Shown here: piece after piece, positions 20,369 to 31,096 of the stretch
Layout: each line of letters opens with the position of its first letter
Position numbering within the stretch: position 1 is the stretch's first letter
NCBI RefSeq assembly: GCF_000027125.1
Contig: NC_017626.1
Direction: 5' to 3' (one strand)
Source of the DNA: Escherichia coli 042
GTDB taxonomy: Bacteria > Pseudomonadota > Gammaproteobacteria > Enterobacterales > Enterobacteriaceae
DNA: 64,000 bases
Translations under genes and position numbers: made by a program
The notes under the pieces: generated by a model
What the model was told of the DNA's origin: nothing
Databases searched by the model: none
Seen by the model: only the letters and a program-made list of their open reading frames with translations

Positions 20369-20764
20369 AGATTTCAGAACGGTAACAGTTAACTAAATTT
20401 TCATGTGGTAGCACTGAATCAGGAGTCTCTGCCTCCTGATGTGTTTTGTTAATCTTCTGTTTTTACTAGAAATCCCCTCACTCCTTCTTTCATTGCATTT
20501 TGTTGGGCCCTTCCTCCATATCTTTCCCGCTTTCCAGAAATCACGTCAATGCTGCTGAAACTTTACTCATTGTGATTTTCAATGACTGAAATCAAGAAAA
20601 TACAGTGTTTATGTTAACTGGCTGTATCAAAAGTGTTTTGTGGAATAATTTTCTGTATTTTTACATTAACAATGGTTATAAGCTTTGAATATTCATTATT
20701 TTGCGACATTCCATAGAATAAAGTCCTGATTATTTGCATTATATCGATCGATGTATCTGTTATA

Positions 20765-20800
20765 TTGAGATTTTTCAGATCTTCGTCCTATAATGATCAA
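20765..20800 (+). promoter_or_regulatory. Putative sigma70 promoter of the T6SS operon with GATC sites and Fur-box-like sequence over the -10
   Basis: ttgaga (-35-like), ~18 bp spacer, tataat (-10) followed by aatGATCaaaattaa; further GATC at ~20746 and ~20778; ~75 nt upstream of tssB; coordinates approximate. Confidence 0.5.
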
Positions 20801-20874
20801 AATTAAATCAGTGCACAAGGGGAGGCATCTGCGGTGATGGAACCCCTGAGATGCAGGTTTCACAGGAGAGAGCC

Positions 20875-21372
20875 ATGAGCAGTTCGTTTCAGAATGAAAT
20901 CCCGAAAGCAAGGGTAAATCTGAAATTAGACCTACATACGGGTGGTGGGCAGAAGAAAGTGGAGCTTCCGCTCAAACTTCTGGTTGCCGGTGATTTCAGT
21001 AACGGACAGGAAGAGCGTCCACTGTCAGAGCGTGTAAAAACGGATATTAATAAAAACAATTTTAATGATGTTCTGGCAGATATCTCCCCGTCTGTACATC
21101 TGAATGTGGAGAACACGCTTGCCGGTGATGGCTCTGAAGAGAGCATCAGCCTGACTTTCCGCAATATGAACGATTTCACGCCAGAGCAGGTCGCCCGACA
21201 GATTCCCCGTCTTAAAGCCATGCTGGCCATGCGTAGCCTTCTGCGGGACCTGAAAGCCAATCTGCTGGATAACGTGACTTTCCGTAAAGAGCTGGAAAAA
21301 ATTCTGCGTGACCCGGCACTGAGTCAGACGCTGCGTGATGAACTGCGTGCACTGGTGCCGGAAAAGGCGTGA
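20875..21372 (+). CDS. tssB: T6SS contractile sheath small subunit TssB (VipA)
   Basis: AGGAGA RBS before internal ATG; KARVNLKLDLHTGG...ELPLKLLVAGDFS sheath small-subunit pattern. Confidence 0.9.
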   Translation: MSSSFQNEIPKARVNLKLDLHTGGGQKKVELPLKLLVAGDFSNGQEERPLSERVKTDINKNNFNDVLADISPSVHLNVENTLAGDGSEESISLTFRNMNDFTPEQVARQIPRLKAMLAMRSLLRDLKANLLDNVTFRKELEKILRDPALSQTLRDELRALVPEKA

Positions 21373-21393
21373 TTTAACGGATTACGAGAGAAA

Positions 21394-22938
21394 ATGCTGA
21401 TGTCTGTACAGAAAGAAAAGAACGTTGCAGAGAGCGTGGTATCTGAAGCGCATGCCGGCGACAGCGTATATGCTTCCCTGTTTGAAAAAATTAACCTGAG
21501 TCCGGTATCTGCCCTGAGTGCACTGGATATCTGGCAGGATCCACAGGCCATGTCAGAAGCATCTGCAGATGAACGTCTGACGGCAGGGATGCAGGTGTTT
21601 ATGGAGTGTCTGGCAAAAGCCGGCACGCAGGTGGAAAAACTCGATAAAGCGCTGATTGACCATCATATTGCAGAGCTTGATTATCAGATCAGCCGTCAAC
21701 TGGATGCTGTGCTTCATCATCCGGAATTTCAGAAAGTGGAGTCGCTGTGGCGGGGCGTGAAGTCCCTGGTGGATAAAACGGACTTCCGCCGTAATGTGAA
21801 AATTGAGCTGCTGGATCTGTCCAAAGACGATCTGCGTCAGGATTTTGAGGATGCGCCGGAAATTATTCAGAGCGGCCTTTATCTGCAGACCTATGTGGCT
21901 GAGTATGACACGCCGGGTGGTGAGCCCATTGCCGCCCTGGTTTCAGCCTGGGAGTTTGATGCATCTGCACAGGACGTGGCGTTGCTGAAAAATATTTCCC
22001 GGGTGGCGGCATCTGCACATATGCCGTTTATTGGTTCAGTTGGCCCGGCGTTCTTCCAGAAAGAAACCATGGAAGAGGTGGCTGCCATCAAGGATATTGG
22101 CAACCACTTTGAGCGTGCCGAGTACATCAAGTGGAATGCTTTCCGTGAGACGGACGATGCCCGCTATATTGGCCTGGTGATGCCCCGTGTACTGGGACGC
22201 CTGCCGTATGGCCCGGATACCGTACCTGTCCGCAGCTTTAACTATGTTGAAGAGGTGAAAGGACCGGACCACCATAAATATCTCTGGACGAACGCGTCTT
22301 TTGCCTTTGCAGCCAACATGGTGCGCAGTTTTGTCACCAACGGCTGGTGTGTTCAGATCCGTGGGCCTCAGGCCGGTGGTGCGGTGCAGGATTTGCCAAT
22401 CCATTTGTATGATCTGGGAACCGGTAATCAGGTCAAAATTCCGTCAGAGGTGATGATCCCGGAAACGCGGGAGTTTGAATTCGCGAATCTGGGCTTTATT
22501 CCGCTCTCTTACTACAAGAACCGGGATTATGCCTGCTTCTTCTCTGCTAACTCCGCCCAGAAACCGGCGCTGTACGATACGCCGGATGCAACGGCGAACA
22601 GTCGTATTAATGCCCGTCTTCCCTATATCTTCCTGCTGTCCCGTATTGCGCATTACCTGAAGATCATTCAGCGGGAAAATATCGGTACCACCAAAGATCG
22701 CCGTCTGCTTGAGCTGGAGCTGAATAACTGGATCCGGGGACTGGTGACGGAGATGACCGATCCGGGTGATGAACTGCAGGCCTCGCATCCGCTGCGTGAC
22801 GGAAAAGTGGTGGTGGAAGATATCGAAGACAATCCGGGATTCTTCCGCGTGAAACTCTACGCCGTACCGCATTTCCAGGTAGAAGGTATGGACGTCAGCC
22901 TGTCACTGGTTTCGCAGATGCCGAAGGCAAAAGCGTAA
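21394..22938 (+). CDS. tssC: T6SS contractile sheath large subunit TssC (VipB)
   Basis: 514 aa, conserved sheath motifs (FQKVESLWRG, RVAASAHMPFIG, NLGFIPL). Confidence 0.92.
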   Translation: MLMSVQKEKNVAESVVSEAHAGDSVYASLFEKINLSPVSALSALDIWQDPQAMSEASADERLTAGMQVFMECLAKAGTQVEKLDKALIDHHIAELDYQISRQLDAVLHHPEFQKVESLWRGVKSLVDKTDFRRNVKIELLDLSKDDLRQDFEDAPEIIQSGLYLQTYVAEYDTPGGEPIAALVSAWEFDASAQDVALLKNISRVAASAHMPFIGSVGPAFFQKETMEEVAAIKDIGNHFERAEYIKWNAFRETDDARYIGLVMPRVLGRLPYGPDTVPVRSFNYVEEVKGPDHHKYLWTNASFAFAANMVRSFVTNGWCVQIRGPQAGGAVQDLPIHLYDLGTGNQVKIPSEVMIPETREFEFANLGFIPLSYYKNRDYACFFSANSAQKPALYDTPDATANSRINARLPYIFLLSRIAHYLKIIQRENIGTTKDRRLLELELNNWIRGLVTEMTDPGDELQASHPLRDGKVVVEDIEDNPGFFRVKLYAVPHFQVEGMDVSLSLVSQMPKAKA

Positions 22939-22953
22939 GGCAGGTGTCGGGAA

Positions 22954-24291
22954 ATGAAGATTTATCGCCCATTATGGGAAGACGGGGCTTTTCTGATGCC
23001 CCAGCAGTTTCAGCAGCAGGCTGCCTGGGATGTTCATCTGGCAGACAGCGTTGCCAGAATGGGGCTGGCGCATCCATGGGGCGTGGTGGCTGCAGAGTTT
23101 GATGACTCTCTGTTACCGCTTTCACGGTTGAATGCCACCCGTCTGATTGTTCGTTTCCCGGACGGAACGCTTATTGATACGGAACGCGCGGATAATCTGC
23201 CTCCGGTCTGTGATTTATCGACGGTTTCTGATCGTTCCCTGGTGGATATTGTGCTGGCACTACCGTTACTGAATGCTAACGGTGGCAACCTTGATAATGG
23301 CAGTGAGAGCGAGCGTCCGCGTCGCTGGAAATCAGAAAGGGTGAATGTGCAGGAGCTGGCCGGGCATGAGCAAAGCGAAGTGGCGGTATTGCGGCATAAC
23401 CTGACTCTGCGCATGGCTCATCAGGAAAATGCTGCCTGGCTGACCTGTCCCGTTACCCGTCTTGTTCGTGATGCACAGGGACAGTGGTGCAGGGACCCGC
23501 GTTTTATTCCCCCTCTGCTGACGCTGTCTGCCAGTCCTTCGCTGATGACTGAACTTGCGGAGTTGCTTCATCACCTGCAGGCGCGTCGCCAGCGACTGAT
23601 GTCCATGCGTCGGGAGAACAATGCCCGTCTTGCGGATTTTGCTGTGGCGGACGTGTCGTTGTTCTGGTTGCTGAATGCCCTGAACAGTGCGGAGCCTGTT
23701 CTGAAAGAGTTGCTTGACATGCCTTACCGCCACCCGGAACTGTTGTACAGGGAGCTTGCCCGGCTGGCAGGCTCCCTGCTCACATTCTCGCTTGAGCATA
23801 ATGTGGATGCGGTTCCGGCATACCATCATGAAACACCTGAAAATGTTTTCCCACCATTGCTTTCTTTGCTGAACCGGCTGCTGGAGGCAAGCCTGCCTTC
23901 CCGTGTGGTTTTCATTGAACTGAAACAAAAGGGTGTGATGTGGGAGGGGGCATTACATGATGCGCGTCTGCGCGAAGGGGCTGATTTCTGGCTTTCAGTG
24001 CGCTCTTCCATGCCCGGGCATGAACTGCAGACGAAGTTTCCGCAGCTATGCAAAGCCGGGAGCCCCGATGATGTGTCTGAGGTGGTGAATGTGGCGCTGA
24101 GCGGGGTCATTATCCGTCCGGTTACGCATGTACCGGCGGCCATTCCGCTCCGGCTGGAAAACCAGTATTTCGCGCTGGATTTAAGTACGGATGCGGCCCG
24201 GGCGATGCTGGACGCGGGGCGTTGTACTTTCTACACCCCGGCATCGCTGGGAGATGTGAAACTGGAACTTTTTGCGGTGCTGCGGACATGA
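22954..24291 (+). CDS. tssK: T6SS baseplate subunit TssK
   Basis: MKIYRPLWEDGAFLMPQQFQQQ N-terminus typical of TssK; 445 aa. Confidence 0.88.
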   Translation: MKIYRPLWEDGAFLMPQQFQQQAAWDVHLADSVARMGLAHPWGVVAAEFDDSLLPLSRLNATRLIVRFPDGTLIDTERADNLPPVCDLSTVSDRSLVDIVLALPLLNANGGNLDNGSESERPRRWKSERVNVQELAGHEQSEVAVLRHNLTLRMAHQENAAWLTCPVTRLVRDAQGQWCRDPRFIPPLLTLSASPSLMTELAELLHHLQARRQRLMSMRRENNARLADFAVADVSLFWLLNALNSAEPVLKELLDMPYRHPELLYRELARLAGSLLTFSLEHNVDAVPAYHHETPENVFPPLLSLLNRLLEASLPSRVVFIELKQKGVMWEGALHDARLREGADFWLSVRSSMPGHELQTKFPQLCKAGSPDDVSEVVNVALSGVIIRPVTHVPAAIPLRLENQYFALDLSTDAARAMLDAGRCTFYTPASLGDVKLELFAVLRT

Positions 24292-24941
24292 ATAAACCTG
24301 TTATCTCCCGGGCTGAACAGATTTTTTATCCCGGCTGGCTGATGGTCAGCCAGCTGCGCAGCGGGCAACCGGTTGAGGATGGTAAGGCCCTGTATCGCCG
24401 TGCCTGTCAGCTGGTGAAACAGGCGCGTGAAGAGCTGGCCGAAGCAGGATTCAGTCAGAAAAGCAGTGACATCATGTTGTATGCCTTCTGCGCCCTGCTG
24501 GACGAGAGTGTACTGAACCGCGAAAAAACAGACGATGGCTGGCGCACCTGGCAGCAGGACCCGCTGCAGGCTCATTTTTTTGGTACGCTCAATGCCGGTG
24601 AAGAGCTCTGGGAGCGTATTCGTGAACAACTGAAATTACCAGCGCCGGATGTGGCGGTACTGACATGCCTCTGCCGTACGCTTCAGCTCGGTTTTACCGG
24701 TCAGTACCGGTCGCAGGATGATGAGCGTCGCGAAGATGTAATACGCGCACTGACAGCGCGTGTTCCTGCATTTACTTTCGCACAGGATGCGCCGGTGGTG
24801 GTGCGTGCACCGGGTTACCGTGCTGGCAGAACGATGTACTGGTTGTCATGGGGGGCGGGTATTGTGACGCTGGCTGGTCTCTGGTGTGTGCTTTCTTCTG
24901 TGCTTGCAGACCAGGTGGCACGGCTTACCGGGCAGGGATAA
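24288..24941 (+). CDS. tssL: T6SS membrane subunit TssL (DotU-like)
   Basis: ATGA overlap with tssK; cytoplasmic DotU-like domain plus one C-terminal TM helix (WLSWGAGIVTLAGLWCVL). Confidence 0.85.
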   Translation: MNKPVISRAEQIFYPGWLMVSQLRSGQPVEDGKALYRRACQLVKQAREELAEAGFSQKSSDIMLYAFCALLDESVLNREKTDDGWRTWQQDPLQAHFFGTLNAGEELWERIREQLKLPAPDVAVLTCLCRTLQLGFTGQYRSQDDERREDVIRALTARVPAFTFAQDAPVVVRAPGYRAGRTMYWLSWGAGIVTLAGLWCVLSSVLADQVARLTGQG

Positions 24942-24943
24942 CC

Positions 24944-26674
24944 ATGCACGTACGTTCCCGTCTCTGGCTGACAATACTGAGTCTGTTCCTGACACTGTGG
25001 CTGATTTCGGGATTCCTGCCGCTGTCTGCAGTAAACCAGATAATACTGACCCTGGTTTCAGTTGTGGCGGCGGGGCTTGTGCTGTGGTACCAGTGGCGTT
25101 GTCTGTCTTCCCGTCGTGATATCCCGGAGAAGGCCGGCGATGACGGTCTGCCGCCTGAGTATTTTCAGGGACATGTGCTGCTTGTTGCCGGAAACTCAGA
25201 TGCGTGGTTCGAACCCGGTCAGGCATACCGGGAAACAGCATCGGGATGGTATCTTCGTGTGGATACGCCGGAGCAGATGAGAATACTGGCAGAACGGTTG
25301 TCGTACAGCCGTCCGGCCCTGTGTGGCCAGGTCGTGGTCATGCTGGGACTTTTACCGGAGCAGCATACCTCAGATGAAGCTTTCCTGTCGTGGTTGCGGA
25401 ACTGGCAGCGTGCAGTCATGCAGTGCCGGCAGTGGCTGAATACCACGCCACCGGTGCTGGTTACATTGATGGTTTCAGAGCCGTCACCACAAAACACATC
25501 CTTAAATAAGCACTCTACACACTGGTTTACACTGACACCGGACCTGCCGGGAATGCATATACGCCTGACGGAAGCCGGAGCAATTCCGGCAGAGGAATGG
25601 CTGCAGGCGTGTGATGCAGCGTCCAGGCTCCGGTGCGTCAGTGAACTGTTATGGCTGAATGCCATGTTGTCCTGGTACAACCGGGTTACTGATGCCCTGA
25701 CAGCTATTTGCCGGCAGGAGCACTTTTATTTCCGGCCGGTTGCCGTTGGATTCTGTCTGACGTCGGTTGCGGCCCGCCCCGGTAATCTCTGGCAACAACA
25801 ACTGACGTCCCTCACTGCATTGCCACCGCCTGCCGGCGTGTCATCACAGGTATTGCCGTTGCCGGATATTCTGCTGTCCGGTATTCCCCGTCATCGTGGA
25901 CTCAGTCACTGGCACAGACTTTGTCGCCAGACGGGGGCGATTGTCGGTGTTTTTCTTCTGCTGGCTATGCTGGCGTCTTTTATGAATAACCAGCGGCTGG
26001 TTCGCAGCGTGGGGGAACACCTGACGGCCTGGCACCGGATGCGCGGATATTCATCTGAATCGAAAACAACAGCACTGCAACGTCTTCAGGCTGACAGCCA
26101 GTTACTGAACGACTGGCAGCAACGTGGTGTGCCACAGCGTTACGGACTGGGATTGTATCAGGGAATGTGGCTGATACCGCCGGTTGAGCGTGCGACTGGT
26201 GAGTGGGTTGCACCACGGCCTCCCCGTCCGGTGATACAGAAAGTTACTCAGACGCCGAAAACGGTTCGCCTTAACAGCCTGGCACTGTTTGATGCCGGTA
26301 AATGGACGCTGAAGCCGGGCGCCACAAAATGGCTGGTGAATGCCCTGGTGGATATTAAGGCAAAAGCAGGCTGGCTGATTGTGGTCAGTGGTCACACGGA
26401 TAATACCGGTGACCCGCTGCGCAACCAGGCCTTGTCCCTGAAGCGTGCAGAGGCCGTTCGCGACTGGATGCGGGATACCGGCGATATTCCCCAAAGCTGT
26501 TTTGCCGTACAGGGATACGGTGAAAGCCGCCCTGTGGCCCCGAATGACACGGCGGAAGGCCGTGCGCGTAACCGCCGTGTTGAAATCAGTCTGGTACCGC
26601 AGGCCGATGCCTGTCGTCTGCCGGACGTTTCCCCTGCGCCGGAAGAGGGCGCATCAGAAAACATAACGGAGTAA
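24944..26674 (+). CDS. tagL: TagL-like T6SS accessory membrane protein with C-terminal OmpA-type peptidoglycan-binding domain
   Basis: N-terminal TM helices; C-terminus VSGHTDNTGDPLRNQALSLKRAEAV...NRRVEI is the OmpA/MotB motif; position after tssL as in EAEC Sci-1. Confidence 0.78.
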   Translation: MHVRSRLWLTILSLFLTLWLISGFLPLSAVNQIILTLVSVVAAGLVLWYQWRCLSSRRDIPEKAGDDGLPPEYFQGHVLLVAGNSDAWFEPGQAYRETASGWYLRVDTPEQMRILAERLSYSRPALCGQVVVMLGLLPEQHTSDEAFLSWLRNWQRAVMQCRQWLNTTPPVLVTLMVSEPSPQNTSLNKHSTHWFTLTPDLPGMHIRLTEAGAIPAEEWLQACDAASRLRCVSELLWLNAMLSWYNRVTDALTAICRQEHFYFRPVAVGFCLTSVAARPGNLWQQQLTSLTALPPPAGVSSQVLPLPDILLSGIPRHRGLSHWHRLCRQTGAIVGVFLLLAMLASFMNNQRLVRSVGEHLTAWHRMRGYSSESKTTALQRLQADSQLLNDWQQRGVPQRYGLGLYQGMWLIPPVERATGEWVAPRPPRPVIQKVTQTPKTVRLNSLALFDAGKWTLKPGATKWLVNALVDIKAKAGWLIVVSGHTDNTGDPLRNQALSLKRAEAVRDWMRDTGDIPQSCFAVQGYGESRPVAPNDTAEGRARNRRVEISLVPQADACRLPDVSPAPEEGASENITE

Positions 26675-26679
26675 TTTTT

Positions 26680-27171
26680 ATGGCAATTCCAGTTTATCTG
26701 TGGCTGAAAGATGATGGCGGTGCAGATATCAAAGGGTCCGTGGATGTTCAGGACCGTGAGGGCAGCATTGAGGTGGTGGCTCAGGAGCACTGCCTCTACA
26801 TCCCGACGGATAACAATACCGGTAAGCTGACCGGTACCCGTATTCACACGCCGTTTCTGTTTACCAAGGAAATTGATTCTTCCAGCCCGTACCTTTACAA
26901 GGCCGTGACCACCGGGCAGACCCTGAAGTCTGCTGAGTTTAAGTGGTACAAAATCAATGATGCCGGTCAGGAGGTGGAGTATTTCAATACGAAGCTTGAG
27001 AACGTGAAGGTGGTGAAGGTTAACCCGGTCATGCACGACATCAAGAATCCCGCTTACGAGAAGCATAACCACCTTGAGCAGGTGGAACTGCGCTACGAGA
27101 AAATCACCTGGACTTACAAGGACGGCAACATCATTCATTCCGACGCATGGAGTGAGCGTACCACCGCGTAA
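26680..27171 (+). CDS. hcp: T6SS tube protein Hcp (TssD)
   Basis: MAIPVYLWLKDDGGADIKGSVDV... canonical Hcp N-terminus, 163 aa. Confidence 0.92.
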   Translation: MAIPVYLWLKDDGGADIKGSVDVQDREGSIEVVAQEHCLYIPTDNNTGKLTGTRIHTPFLFTKEIDSSSPYLYKAVTTGQTLKSAEFKWYKINDAGQEVEYFNTKLENVKVVKVNPVMHDIKNPAYEKHNHLEQVELRYEKITWTYKDGNIIHSDAWSERTTA

Positions 27172-27179
27172 TTCTGCCG

Positions 27180-27216
27180 GACGGACAGGGCATCCTGTCC
27201 GTCATTTTTATTTTTT
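27180..27216 (+). terminator. Rho-independent terminator downstream of hcp
   Basis: Perfect 10-bp stem gacggacagg/cctgtccgtc with 4-nt loop followed by atttttatttttt. Confidence 0.65.
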
Positions 27217-27339
27217 CTTCAGCATCTGTTGGCGGGTGCTGAAGAAAGAATTCTCAATCCTGAACACAGACCTGATGCGCCTGGGTTACGGCGAAGGGCG
27301 GTAGCGTGCCTGACGGTCTCCTGACAGTGAGTGAATAAC

Positions 27340-29997
27340 ATGGAAAATTCGGCAGCCCTGTTACGTCGTCTTAATCATTACTGTGCCCGTGCACTGGAAG
27401 GCGCAGCCTCCCTTTGCCAGACCCGGGCCCATGCGGAAATCACCCCGGAGCACTGGTTACTGAAACTGCTGGAGCAGGGGGAAGGAGACCTTACCGTGCT
27501 GGGCAGGCGTTATGACTGGGATATGGACGCGATATGGCAGTCGCTGCTCGGCTGGCTGGATAACCAGCCCCGTAGCGTACGCAGTCGCCCGCAGCTTGCG
27601 CAGTCCCTGAATGCTCTGCTGAAACAGGCCTGGATGGTGGCCTCATTACAGGGAGAAGAACATATCCGCAGCGTGCATCTGCTGGGTGCCCTGACGGAAA
27701 ATCCGCACCTGGTTCGCTGTGACGGGCTGTGGCCTCTGCTGACACTGAGTCAGAGCCAGTTGCAGCGTCTGTCCCCGCTGCTGGATGCGCAGTCTGATGA
27801 GTGTCCGGAGACGTTACAGGATGCAGAGCCTGTGCTGCCTCAGGGAGACAGTGTGACCTTTATCGGGCGCCCTGTCGGTGCGGATACGGCAGGTATACCG
27901 TCAGGTGACCTGCCGCCGGTGTTACAGGGTGCGCTGGATAAATTCACCCGGGACATCACGGCCAGCGCGAGAGAGGGGAAAATTGACCCGGTATCGGGAC
28001 GCGATACGGAAATCCGTCAGATGGTGGATATTCTCTCCCGCCGTCGCAAGAATAACCCGATTCTGGTGGGGGACCCCGGTGTGGGGAAAACGGCTCTGGT
28101 GGAAGGGCTCGCCCTGCGTATTGTGGAAGGTAACGTACCAGAATCTCTCAGACCCGTCACCCTGCGCACCCTTGACCTCGGCCTGCTGCAGGCCGGTGCC
28201 GGCGTGAAAGGTGAATTTGAACAGCGTCTGAAAAACGTGATTGATGCCGTGCAGCTGTCACCGGCTCCTGTACTGCTGTTTATAGATGAAGCCCATACCC
28301 TTATCGGTGCCGGTAATCAGGCCGGTGGCGCGGATGCGGCCAACCTGCTGAAGCCTGCGCTGGCGCGAGGCGAACTGCGCACCATTGCTGCCACCACCTG
28401 GTCTGAGTACAAACAATACCTGGAACGTGACGCGGCTCTGGAGCGGCGTTTTCAGATGGTCAAAGTGGACGAGCCGGATGATGAGACGGCCTGTCTGATG
28501 CTGCGCTCCCTGAAATCCCGTTATGCGGAACATCATAACGTGCATATCACCGATGAGGCAGTACGTGCTGCCGTCACACTCTCGCGCCGTTATCTGACAG
28601 AACGTCAGTTACCGGACAAGGCCGTTGACCTGCTTGATACTGCTGCTGCCCGTGTGCGGATGAGCCTCGACACGGTGCCGGAACAGCTGACCCGAATCCG
28701 TTCACAGCTCGCTTCCCTCGGTATGGAAAAACAGGCACTGCTGGAAGATATTGCCGTTGGTCATCAGAATCACGGCGAACGCCTGTCTGCCATTGAGCAG
28801 GAAGAGAACGTGCTGATGACAGCACGTGATGACCTGGAGCAGCAGTACGCCCGTGAGTGCGAACTCACCGGTGAGTTACTTGAAAGCCGCAGCGATATTT
28901 CCCGCCAGAGTGAGACACATCACCTGCAGCAGGCACTGCACGACATTCAGCAGAATCAGCCCCTGCTCAGTGTGGATGTTGACGTACGCACCGTTGCCGG
29001 TGTGGTCGCGGACTGGACCGGAGTGCCGTTATCCTCACTGATGAAGGATGAACAGACGGAACTGCTGCATCTGGAAAAGGATATCGGCAGACGGGTGGTC
29101 GGACAGGACGTGGCACTGGAATCCATTGCACAGCGTCTGCGTGCGGCGAAAACGGGTCTGACATCCGGTAACGGCCCCCAGGAGGTGTTCCTGCTGGTCG
29201 GCCCCAGTGGTGTGGGAAAAACCGAAACGGCACTGGCGCTGGCAGATGTGATGTACGGCGGCGAAAAATCACTGATTACCATCAATCTGTCGGAATATCA
29301 GGAGCCCCATACGGTTTCCCAGCTTAAGGGTTCACCGCCCGGGTACGTGGGATACGGTCAGGGGGGTATTCTGACGGAAGCTGTACGTAAGCGCCCTTAC
29401 AGCGTGGTGCTGCTGGATGAAGTGGAAAAGGCCCACCGGGATGTGCTGAATCTGTTCTACCAGGTGTTTGACCGGGGCTTTATGCGCGACGGTGAGGGGC
29501 GTGAAATTGACTTCCGTAATACGGTCATTCTGATGACCTCCAATCTGGGCAGTGACCTTCTGATGCAGCAACTGAGCGAAAAGCCGGAGACAACGGAATC
29601 GGAGCTGCATGAGCTTATCCGTCCACTGCTGCGCGACCACTTCCAGCCAGCACTGCTTGCCCGTTTCCAGACCGTGATTTACCGTCCGCTGACACCGTCT
29701 GCTATGCGCACCATTGTGGAGATGAAGCTTGCACAGGTCTGCGAACGCCTGCACTGCCATTATGGGCTGAGCACATCGGTTGATGAACGTGTGTACGATG
29801 CCCTGACATCCGCCTGCCTGCTGCCGGATACGGGCGCCCGGAATGTGGAGAGTCTGCTGAACCAGCAACTGCTGCCGGTACTGAGCCGGCAGTTGCTGAG
29901 CCATATGGCCGCGAAGCAGAAACCGCAGGCGCTGGCTCTGGCATGGAGTGACGAAGACGGTATGGTGATTGAGCTGCGGCAGGAATGCGCGTTATGA
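27340..29997 (+). CDS. clpV: T6SS AAA+ ATPase ClpV (TssH); alternative GTG start at 27331
   Basis: Two AAA modules with Walker A GDPGVGKT and GPSGVGKT; Clp N-domain; 885 aa. Confidence 0.92.
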   Translation: MENSAALLRRLNHYCARALEGAASLCQTRAHAEITPEHWLLKLLEQGEGDLTVLGRRYDWDMDAIWQSLLGWLDNQPRSVRSRPQLAQSLNALLKQAWMVASLQGEEHIRSVHLLGALTENPHLVRCDGLWPLLTLSQSQLQRLSPLLDAQSDECPETLQDAEPVLPQGDSVTFIGRPVGADTAGIPSGDLPPVLQGALDKFTRDITASAREGKIDPVSGRDTEIRQMVDILSRRRKNNPILVGDPGVGKTALVEGLALRIVEGNVPESLRPVTLRTLDLGLLQAGAGVKGEFEQRLKNVIDAVQLSPAPVLLFIDEAHTLIGAGNQAGGADAANLLKPALARGELRTIAATTWSEYKQYLERDAALERRFQMVKVDEPDDETACLMLRSLKSRYAEHHNVHITDEAVRAAVTLSRRYLTERQLPDKAVDLLDTAAARVRMSLDTVPEQLTRIRSQLASLGMEKQALLEDIAVGHQNHGERLSAIEQEENVLMTARDDLEQQYARECELTGELLESRSDISRQSETHHLQQALHDIQQNQPLLSVDVDVRTVAGVVADWTGVPLSSLMKDEQTELLHLEKDIGRRVVGQDVALESIAQRLRAAKTGLTSGNGPQEVFLLVGPSGVGKTETALALADVMYGGEKSLITINLSEYQEPHTVSQLKGSPPGYVGYGQGGILTEAVRKRPYSVVLLDEVEKAHRDVLNLFYQVFDRGFMRDGEGREIDFRNTVILMTSNLGSDLLMQQLSEKPETTESELHELIRPLLRDHFQPALLARFQTVIYRPLTPSAMRTIVEMKLAQVCERLHCHYGLSTSVDERVYDALTSACLLPDTGARNVESLLNQQLLPVLSRQLLSHMAAKQKPQALALAWSDEDGMVIELRQECAL

Positions 29998-30560
29998 CCG
30001 GCTATGGCAGAAATCAGGACGCTGGCGCAGGTAAAAATCAAAGGGAAGAAGGCTCATTGCGGTTACTGACGCCGGGAGAGATTGCGCTGGCGAGGCTGGT
30101 ATTCAGGTTGACAATCCCTTATGAAAAGGTCTGGATCCACCATGACAGTTTTCTGCCTTTTGGTCTTCAGAATAAGCAAACTGCCATGCCCCCCGATGGT
30201 AAGATTTATTTCCGTGAGCACTATCGGGATGATTATTCACTCAGCGTTCCCTTTTATCAGCATATGTTTATTCATGAAATGGCGCATGTCTGGCAGCGTG
30301 AAAAGGGAATGAATGTCATCGGTCGGGGGATGTTCAGTTGGGCGGTGAATTACCGTTATGTTCTGGACGGGCGTCTGTTAAGCGAATATCCCATGGAGCA
30401 GCAGGCACAAATTATTGCTGATCATTTTACTTTGCAGGCTGAAGGATACGGGACATGGTGTGATATGAGAAGGGACGGTGATATCACACTGGACGGAAAT
30501 ATGTCTGAGTATGTTATTCGCAGCCTGTATACCAGCACGTTGCGGGGGTTCCCATGGTAA
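29994..30560 (+). CDS. HExxH zincin-like protein (DUF4157-like), candidate T6SS-associated effector or accessory protein
   Basis: Motif FIHEMAHVWQ preceded by VWIHHD and GKIYFREHY; start overlaps clpV stop (also possible at 29985). Confidence 0.5.
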   Translation: MTGYGRNQDAGAGKNQREEGSLRLLTPGEIALARLVFRLTIPYEKVWIHHDSFLPFGLQNKQTAMPPDGKIYFREHYRDDYSLSVPFYQHMFIHEMAHVWQREKGMNVIGRGMFSWAVNYRYVLDGRLLSEYPMEQQAQIIADHFTLQAEGYGTWCDMRRDGDITLDGNMSEYVIRSLYTSTLRGFPW

Positions 30561-31096
30561 AAATAAGAGCCTTTCGTTATCGTTCTGCTTTACTGCTCTG
30601 TCTGACGTTACTGACAGGATGCCCCGGACGCGGGGATTATTATCGGTTTGATGAAACAGTAACGGTCAGCACAAGAGGCGACAATGTGTGTTTCAGTGTC
30701 CCGGAGCCAGAGGACTACCAGCCAGTCAGCGTTTCCATCGCTCCACGGGGAACCCGATTCAGGGAGCGGCAAATTACATCTGAACCCTCGCTTCGTATCG
30801 TGAACGGCCAGCTGTGCATTCCGCCTTCATTCTGTCTTTTTCCTGATAAAGGCCAGTTCATTGTCAGGTCTGTTCTGCACTCTGAGCGCGATAAGGACAC
30901 ACCGCGCATCATGGTTGCCGGCATAGAGATTGCCGACGGGTGTATTTTCGATATCCCGCTTAATGACATGGAGGTCGTGAGGCCATACGGTGAGCTGAAA
31001 AGCAGTAATGTTCAGACTGACCAGAGCGAACGTCATGGTCCCTGCAAATACCCTTTCAGAGCTGTTCGTGGAGTGATAAATCATGAATCTCACTGA
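30554..31096 (+). CDS. Predicted lipoprotein (possible cognate immunity protein)
   Basis: Signal peptide with lipobox LLTGC; overlaps preceding gene end and vgrG start. Confidence 0.5.
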   Translation: MVKIRAFRYRSALLLCLTLLTGCPGRGDYYRFDETVTVSTRGDNVCFSVPEPEDYQPVSVSIAPRGTRFRERQITSEPSLRIVNGQLCIPPSFCLFPDKGQFIVRSVLHSERDKDTPRIMVAGIEIADGCIFDIPLNDMEVVRPYGELKSSNVQTDQSERHGPCKYPFRAVRGVINHESH

